This document shows, piece after piece, positions 56,401-64,000 of a DNA stretch of 64,000 nt (position 1 is its first letter; every line of letters begins with the position of its first letter). The DNA is from the human T2T-CHM13v2.0 reference genome, Homo sapiens, in assembly GCA_009914755.4 (NCBI GenBank), contig CP086569.2:12512001-12576000 (forward strand), given 5' to 3'. The position numbers and the translations under genes were made by a program. Below the pieces are notes generated by a model. It did no database searches. It was not told the DNA's origin and saw only the letters and a program-made list of their open reading frames with translations.

Positions 56401-59400
56401 ATTCTAATTGAATGGAATGGATTCGAATGGAATAGAATCAAGTGGAATGGCATCGAATGGAATGGAATGGAATGCACTCGAATGCAATGGGTTCGAATGG
56501 AATAGAATCCAATGGAACGGCATTGAATGGAATGGAATGGAATGAAATGGACAGAAATTTAATGGACACGAATGGCTTGGATTCAAATAGAATGGACTCG
56601 AAAGGAATGGTCTCGAATGGAATTTATTCAAATCAACTGGAAATGAAGGGAATGCAATAGTATGTAACGAAATCGAATGGAAAGGGATCAAATGGAATTG
56701 ACCGGAATGGAATGGACTGGAGTAGAACGGACTGGAATGTAATGGATTGCAATGTAATTGCTACGAATTGAATGGCATTGAAGGGAATGTTTTCAAATGG
56801 AAAGGAATGGAATGCAAGTGAATGGAATTGAATGGAATGAAATGGTATGGAATATAGGAATATAATGCAGTGCAATGGAATGTAATAAAATGGAATAAAA
56901 TGGAATGGAACAGAGTGGTATCGATTGGAATGGAATCAAAAGGAATTAAAATCAATGGAATGGACTGGATTTGAATGGACTGGAACAGAATGGACTCGAA
57001 TGGAATGCACTGAAACAAAATGGAAACCAACGTATTGGAATCGAATGGAATGGAATAGAATGGAATCAATGGACTCAAATGGAATTTAGTCGAATGCAAT
57101 GGAAAACAATGGAAGGGAATTGAATGGATTCCAAAGGATTAGAATGGAATGGAGTTGTAATGGAAGACTTCGAATGGAATAGAATGGAATGGAAAGGACT
57201 CGAATGGAATGGACTGGAATGGAAGGCACTCGAATGGAATGGACTGGAGTGGAATGGACTCGAATGGAATGGAAACTAGTAGAATGGAAAGGAAACGAAT
57301 GGAATGGAATAGAAATAAGAGAATTAAATGGAATCGGATGGAACATAATGGAATGGAATGGAGTCGAATGTAATTGAACCAAAAGGAATGGCATCGAATT
57401 GAATGGAATAGAAGGGAATGGAATGGACTCGAATGAAATGGACTCTAATGGAATAGAATCGAATGGAATGGAATTAAATGGAATGGAATGGATTGGAATG
57501 GAATGGACCCAAATGTAGTGGACCGAATGGAATGGACTCCAATAGAATGGACTCGAAATGAATGGTTTTGAATGGAATTTATTCGAATAGAATTTAATCG
57601 GATGGAATGTAATTGTATGGAATGGAATCAAATGGAATGGAATCAATCGGAATGCACTGGAATGCAATGGACTGGAAAAGAATGGACTCGAATGTAATGG
57701 ATTGCAATGTAATTGATGTGAATGGAATGAAACGGAATGGAATGGAATGAAATGGAATGGAATGGAATGGAATAGAATGGAATGGAATGGAATGGATTAG
57801 AATGGAATGCAATGCAATGAAATTGAATAGAATGGAATGCAACGGAATGGAATGGAGTGGTATCCAATGGAATGGAATTGAATGAAATGGAATAGAATTG
57901 AATAGAATCAAATGTAATGGATGGAATGGAATGGATTCGAATGTAATGGCCTGGAAAAAAATGGAATCAAACGGATTGGAAACCACCGGAATAGAGTGGA
58001 ATGTAATGGAAGAGAACGGACTCGAATGGAATGGATTCTAAAGGAATGGAAAGGAATAGAATAAAATTCAAAGGAATTGAAAGGAATAGAATGGAATGGA
58101 GTGTCATGGAATGATATCGATTGGAAGGGAATGTAATGGAATGGACTCGAATGGATTGGAATTTAATGGAGGGGACTAGAATGGAAAGGACTGGAGTGGA
58201 ATGGGCTGGAATGGAATGGACTTGAATGGAATACAAAGGAATGGAATGGAATGGAATGGAATGGAATAGAATGGAATGCATTGAAATGTAGACGAAAGGA
58301 ATAGATTCAAATATAATGGCATCAAGTGGAATGGAATGGAATGGAATAGAAAGGTATGGTATGAAATGTACTCTAATGGAATGGACTCGAATGGTATAAA
58401 ATGGAATGGAATGCTACCGAATGAAACGGAAAGAACTGGAATGGAAAGGAAAAGAATAGAATGAAATGGAATCGGATGAAATGTAATAGAATGGAATGGA
58501 ATGTAGTCAAATGGAAGAGAATCGCATGGAATGTCATCGAATGGAATGGAGTGCACTGGAATAGAATGGACTGGAACGGAATGGACTCTAATGGAATAGA
58601 ATGGAATGGAATGGAATGGAATGTAGTGGAAAGCACTCGATTGGAATTGAGTCAAAAAGGTTGGAATCAAATGGAATGGAGTCGGATGGTATTGAATGGA
58701 ATGGAATGACATATGATGCAATGCAGTGTAATGAAATGGAATGCAATGGAATGGAATGGAATGGAAATGAATAGACCAAAATGTAATGGACTCGAAAGGA
58801 ATGGACTCAAAGAGAATGGACCTGAAAAGAATGATATCAAATTGAATTTGTTCGAATAGAATCGAATCGAATGGAATGCAATAGCATGGAATGGAATCGA
58901 ATGGAATAGAATGGAATGGAGTGGACTGGAATAGAACAGACTCGAATATAATGGATTGCAATGTAACTGTTTCGAATGAAAAGGAAGCAAAAGGAATGTA
59001 ATCAAAAGGGATGGAATGGAATACTATGGAATGGAGGAGAATGGAATTCAAAGGAAAGGAATGGAGTAGAATAGAGTGGAATGGAATCGACAGAAATGGA
59101 ATGGAATGGAATGGAATCGAATGGAATGGACTACGGTAGAATGAACCCGAATGCATTGGTCTGAAACAAAATGGTATCGAACGGATTGGAATTGATTGGA
59201 ACAGAATGGAATGGAATAGAATGCAATGGAAAGGAATAGAATGAAATGGAAACGGGTGGAATGGAATGGAATTGAATAGAGTTCAGTGGAATAGAATTGA
59301 ATGGAATGTCATAGAAAGGAATGGAATGGAATGGAAGGTAATGTTATGGACTCAAAAGGAATTGATTCGAATGGAATAGAATGGCAAGGAATAGTATTGA

Positions 59401-62400
59401 ATTGAATGGAATGGAATGGACCCAAATGTAATTGATTCGAATGAAATAGACTCAAATAGAATGGACTCAAAAGAATGGTCACACTTGGAATATATTCAAA
59501 TGGAATGGAATTGAATGGACAGCAATAGTATGGAATTGAATCGAATGGAATGGAATCAAATGGAATAGACCGGAATAGAATGGACACGAATATTATGGAT
59601 TGCAATTTAATTGATTTGATTGAAATGGATTCAAATGGAATGGAATGGTATGCAATATTATGGAATAGAATGGAAGGTAATAACATGGAATGGAGTGGAA
59701 TTGAGTGGAATGGAATCTAGTGGAATGGAATCGAATGGAATATAATCAAATGGAATGAACCGGAATGAAACGGACACGAATGGACTGGATTGGAAAAAAA
59801 ATGGATTCGAACACACTGGATTCGAATGGAACGGAATAGAATGGAATGGAATGGTATGGAATCGAATGGAGTGGAGTCAAATGGAATGTAACCGAATAGA
59901 ATGGATTCGAAAAAATAGAATTCAATGGATTCGAAAGGAATAGAATGGAATGGAGTGCAATGGAAAAATATCGAATTTAATGGAATGGAATGGAAGGGAA
60001 TCAAAAGGAATGGAGTCCAATGGAATGGAGTCAAATGGAATGGAATCGAATGTAATGAAAATGAATAGAATCGAAAGGAATAGAATGGAATGGGGTGTGA
60101 AGGAATGATATCGAATGTAAAGGAATGGAATGGGATGGACTCGAATGGAATGGGTTGCAATATAATGGACTTGAATGGAATGGAAAAGAATGGAATGGAA
60201 ATGAATACAAAGGGATGGAATCGGATGGACCAGAATGGAATGGAATGGAGTCGAATGGAATAGAATTGAATTGAAGTTCTTTGAATTGAATAGAGTGAAA
60301 TGGAATGGAAAGTACTTGAAAGGAAAGGACTTCAATGGAACAGAATCGAATGGAATGGCATCGAATGGAAAGGAATGGAATGGAATGGAAACAAATGTAA
60401 AGGACTCGAATGCAATGGACTCAAATAGAATGGACTCGAAAGAAATGCAATCTAATGTTATTTATTCAAAAAGAATGGAATCCAATGGAATGCAATAGAA
60501 TGGAATGGAATCAAATGGAATGGACTGGAATGAAATGGACTGGAATAGAATGCACTCGAATGAAATGGATTGCAATGAAATGGATTTGAATGGAATGTAA
60601 TCGAAAGGAATAAAAAAATGGAATGGAAACGAAATCAGTGGAATGGTATAAAAAGTAATCCAATGGAAAGGAACGGATTGGAATCGCATGGAATGGAATC
60701 GAATGGAAAGGGATCAAAAGGAATGGAATCAAATGGAATGGACTCTAATGGAAGGGACTCGAATGGAATGGAGTGGAACAAAATGGAATCGATTGGATAG
60801 GAATCAAACGGAACAAAATGGAATGGAATGAAATGGACTCGAATGGAATGGAGTCGAATGGAATGGAATCAAATGGAATGGAATTGAATGGAATTGAAAG
60901 GAATAGAATGGAATGGAGTGTAATGGAAAGATTTCAAATGTAATGTAATGGAATTGAATGGACTCGAGAAGAATGGACTGGAATGGAATGGAAAGAGTAG
61001 AATGGAATGGAATCGGATGGAAAGGAATGGAATGGAATGAAGTCGAATGGAATAGAATCAAATATATTGGCATCGAATGGAATGGAATGGAATGGAATGG
61101 AATGGAATGGAATCGAATTGAAAGGAATGGACTTGAATGACAGAATCTAATGGAATGGTATCGAATGGAATTGATTGGAATGGAATGTAATCGAAAGCAA
61201 TGGTATGGAATTTACCCAAAATTTATGGACTCGAATGGAAAAGACTCAAATAGAATGTACTCGAAATGAATGGTCTCCAATGGAATTTATTCGAAAAGAA
61301 TGGAATATAATAGACTGCAATAGATTGGAATGGAATTAAATAGAATGGACCGGAATGGAATGGGCTGAAATAGAATTTACATGAATGTAATGGATTACAA
61401 CGCAATTGATTTGAATGGAATGAAATCGAGTGCAATGTAATCAAAAGGAATTGAATGATATGCAATGGAATACATAACAATGGAATGCAATGGAATGGAA
61501 CGAAGTGGAATAGACTGGAATGGAATCGAATCAAATGGAATCGAATGGAATGGAAACGCAGGGAATGGACTTGTTTGGAATGGACTCGAATGGAATGGAC
61601 TGGAACAAAATGGAACCGAACGGATTGGAGTCTAATGGAACGGAGTGGAATGGAATGGAATGGGAAGGAATGGACTCCAATGGAATGGAGTCGACTGGAA
61701 TGGAATCGAATGGAATGGAAAGGAATGGATTAAAATTTAATGGAATCGAAAGGAATACAATGGAATGGAGTGTAATGGAAAGATATCACATGGAACGGAA
61801 TGGAATGGAATGGACTACAATGCAATGGACTGGAATGGAATGGTCTCGAAAGGAAATGAAACGAGTGGAATGGAATGGAAAGGATTAGAATGGAATGTAA
61901 TGGAATCAGATGGAACATAATAGAATGGAATGGAGTCAAATGGCATAGAATCGAAAGGAATGACATCGAATGAAATTGAATGGAATGGAATGAAATGGAC
62001 TTAAATGGAATACAATCAAATGGAAAAGCGTTGAATGGGATGGAAAGGAATGGAATGGAATGGAAAGGAATGTTCCCAAATGTAATGGTCTCGAATGAAA
62101 TGGACTCATATAGAATGGACTCAAAAAGAATGGTCCCAATGGAATTTACTCGAATACAATGGAATCGAAAGTAATGCAATAGTTTCTAAAGTAATTGAAT
62201 GGGATGGAATCGAATTGACTTGACCGGAAAGTTAAGGAGTGGAATAGAACGGAGTTGAAATTAATGGAAGGAAATGTAATTAAATTGAGTGCGTTGGAAT
62301 TGAAAGGAATGTAATCAAGTGGAATGGAATGGAACGCAATGGAATGGAATGCATTGGAATGGAATAGAATGGAATGCAAAGGAATGGAACGGAATAGAAT

Positions 62401-64000
62401 CAACTGGAATGGAATCGAATGGAATAGAATCATAAGGAATGGACTGGAATGGAAGGGACAAAAATGGAATGGACTGGAAAAAAATGGAATCAAATGGAAT
62501 GGAATGGAATGGGCCCATATGTAATGGACACGAATGGAATGGAATCAAATGGAAGGGACTCAAAAGGAATGCTCTCGAATGGAATTTATTTGAATAGAAT
62601 GGAATGAAATAGAACGCAATAGTATGCAATGGAATCTAATTGAATGGAATGGACTGGTATTGAACTTACTCGAATGTAATGTATTGCAATGAAATTGATT
62701 CGAATGATATGGAATGGAACGGAATGGCATTAAATGGAAATTAATGGAATACAATGGAAAGGAATTGAATGGAATGCAAGGGATTGGAAATCAGTGTAAT
62801 CAAGTGGAATGGAATCGAATGGAATGGAATCGAATGGAATGAAATAAAATGGAATGAAATTGAATGGAATGAAATTGAATGGAATTGAAAGGAGTAGAAC
62901 AGGAAGGAGTGCAATGGAATGATACCGAATGAAATGGAATGGATTGGACTCCAATGGAATGGAATGGAATGCAATGGAGTCGAATGGAATGGACTGGAGA
63001 GGAATGGACTTGAATGAAAAGGAAACGAATGGATTGCAATGGAATGGAATGCAATGGAATGTAAAGGAATAGAAAGTAATGGAATTGGATAGAACTGAAT
63101 GGAATGGAATGGAGTCGAATGGAATTCAATCCAATGGAATGGCATTGAATGGAATGAAATGGAATGGACTCAATTGGAATGGAAACAAATGGAATAAAAC
63201 CAAATGGAATGGCATTGAATGGAATTGAATGGAATGGAATGGTTTGGAATTGGAAAGATTGGAATAGAAAGGAATATAGTCAAATGGAATAGAATCGAAT
63301 GGAATGGCATCGAATGGAATGGAATCAAATGGAATGGAGTCAAATGGAATAGAATGGAATGGAATGGCATGGAATGGAATGAAATGAAATGGAATGGAAT
63401 GGAGTGAAATGGAATAGACCTAAATATAATGGACTCGAATGGAATGGAGAAATAAAATGGACTCGAAACGAAAGGCCTGGAATGGAATATATTCGAATAG
63501 AATAGTATTGAATGAAAAGCAATAGTATGGAATGGAATAGAATGGAACGGAATTAAATGGAATGGACTGGAACGGAATGGACTGGAATAGAATGGACTCG
63601 CATGAAATGGACTGCAATGTAATTGATTCGAATGGAATGGAATCGAACGGAAAATAATCAAATGGAATGGAATAGAATGCAATGGAATGGAATAGAATTG
63701 AATGCAATGGAATGAAACGGAATGTAATTGAATTGAATGGTATCGAATGGAATGCAATTGAATGGAATGGAATCGATTGGAATGGTCTCGAATGGAACGG
63801 ACTGGAACAAAATGGAATCAAACGGATTGGAATCGAATGGCATGGAAGGGAATGGAAGGGAATGTACTCTAATGGAAAGCAGTTGAATGGAATGGAACTG
63901 TATGAATGGAATTGAATGGAATCGAAAGGAATAGAATAAAGAGGAGTGTAATTAAAGATATCCAGTGGAATTGAATGGAATAGAGTGGATTTGAATGGAC

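Larger units (their letters stand above)
1..64000 (+). repeat. Human Satellite III (HSat3)-type pentameric satellite, (GGAAT)n on the + strand and (ATTCC)n on the - strand. It is uninterrupted across the whole window and has frequent variant pentamers (GGAGT, GCAAT, GGACT, AATCG, ACTCG).
   Basis: Every line of sequence is built from aatgg/ggaat units. Many GAATC (HinfI) and TCGA motifs occur in 'aatcgaatgg' and 'actcgaatgg'. There is no 171-bp periodicity, so it is not alpha satellite. There are no ATCATC-rich 23/26-mers, so it is not HSat2. There is no TTAGGG. The + strand is very purine-rich and C-poor. Six-frame ORFs are periodic MEWNG / IPFHS pentapeptide repeats. Confidence 0.95.
37373..64000 (+). 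repeat. Right flank: more diverged HSat3 with the same orientation and no long-period HOR at this resolution. It carries a quasi-periodic diverged landmark block about every 1 kb.
   Basis: No ORF translation recurs in this region. 'ggaatttattcgaatagaatgg'-like cores are seen at approximately 37961, 39190, 40463, 41337, 42290, 43348, 44341, 45593, 46475, 47421, 48500, 49367, 50474, 51386, 52290, 53270, 53423, 54099, 54892, 55724, 56622, 57575, 58845, 59490, 60460, 61284, 62584 and 63488. Confidence 0.7.

Noticed and set aside
58176-59156. Longest ORFs in the track: 326 aa on the - strand at 58176..59156, 308 aa at 32485..33411, and the 248-aa ORF repeated at 10759/19332/27945/36567
   Set aside because: The translations are pure IPFHS/IPFDS-type pentapeptide periodicity from the 5-bp satellite. 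They overlap other ORFs on both strands and have no signal-bearing upstream context. The organism context is eukaryotic heterochromatin. Identical ORF sets in four places reflect the HOR copies and not a paralogous gene family.
1-64000. CRISPR array
   Set aside because: Repeats here have a 5 bp period (and ~1 kb or 8.6 kb at higher order). CRISPR would show 25-40 bp direct repeats separated by unique spacers of similar size. No such structure is present.
1-64000. Alpha satellite, HSat2, beta satellite or telomeric repeat
   Set aside because: There is no 171-bp monomer periodicity and there are no CENP-B-box-like motifs. The ATCATCGAATGGAATCGAATGG-type 23/26-mers with frequent ATCATC that define HSat2 are absent. 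There is no 68-bp Sau3A periodicity and no TTAGGG. The dominant unit is GGAAT, which is HSat3.
1-64000. HSF1 heat-shock elements or other specific regulatory sites within the repeats
   Set aside because: GGAAT repeats trivially contain GAA triplets, but as direct repeats. The canonical inverted nGAAnnTTCn arrangement cannot be confirmed from the sequence alone, and I cannot show that any one site is functional. I mention this only as context in a finding.

Overview
No protein-coding, RNA, CRISPR, mobile-element or regulatory features can be supported in this window. All 64 kb is one class of eukaryotic tandem satellite DNA: a pentameric (GGAAT)n repeat, reverse complement (ATTCC)n, which is the Human Satellite III (HSat3) type of human/hominid pericentromeric heterochromatin. 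The GGAAT-bearing strand is the + strand throughout, with no orientation switch. I could not find any non-satellite insertion. The supplied ORF track is an artefact of translating a 5-bp repeat (15 nt = 5 codons). The + strand gives endless MEWNG/MESNG-type peptides and the - strand gives IPFHS-type peptides. ORFs overlap on both strands and are low-complexity. I consider none of them genes. This is not a prokaryotic locus and there is no hidden gene system here. The real structure is in the repeat organisation. (1) About 2960..37372 is a tandem array of exactly four copies of an ~8.57-8.63 kb higher-order repeat (HOR). Copy starts are at about 2960, 11528, 20101 and 28734. Copies look ~99% identical by eye, and copy-to-copy length differences are multiples of 5 bp or of small sub-motifs. 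(2) The array is flanked left (1..2959) and right (37373..64000) by more diverged HSat3 that does not share the HOR. The two array edges fall at almost the same phase of the unit, so the array holds an almost exactly integer number of copies. That suggests a local amplification of one ~8.6 kb segment, not a window cut through a large array. (3) A diverged ~200-250 bp landmark block recurs quasi-periodically every ~0.8-1.3 kb in the HOR copies and the right flank (core GGAATTTATTCGAATAGAATGG ... AATGCAATAGTATGG ... AATGTAATGGATTGCAATGTAATTGATTCGAATGG). The HOR is therefore built from about 8-9 older ~1 kb sub-units, giving a hierarchy of 5 bp, then ~1 kb, then ~8.6 kb. (4) There are several near-perfect (GGAAT)n tracts, local duplications and copy-specific pentamer expansions. 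All numbers come from counting landmark motifs in the printed sequence. No alignment, database search or statistic was run.
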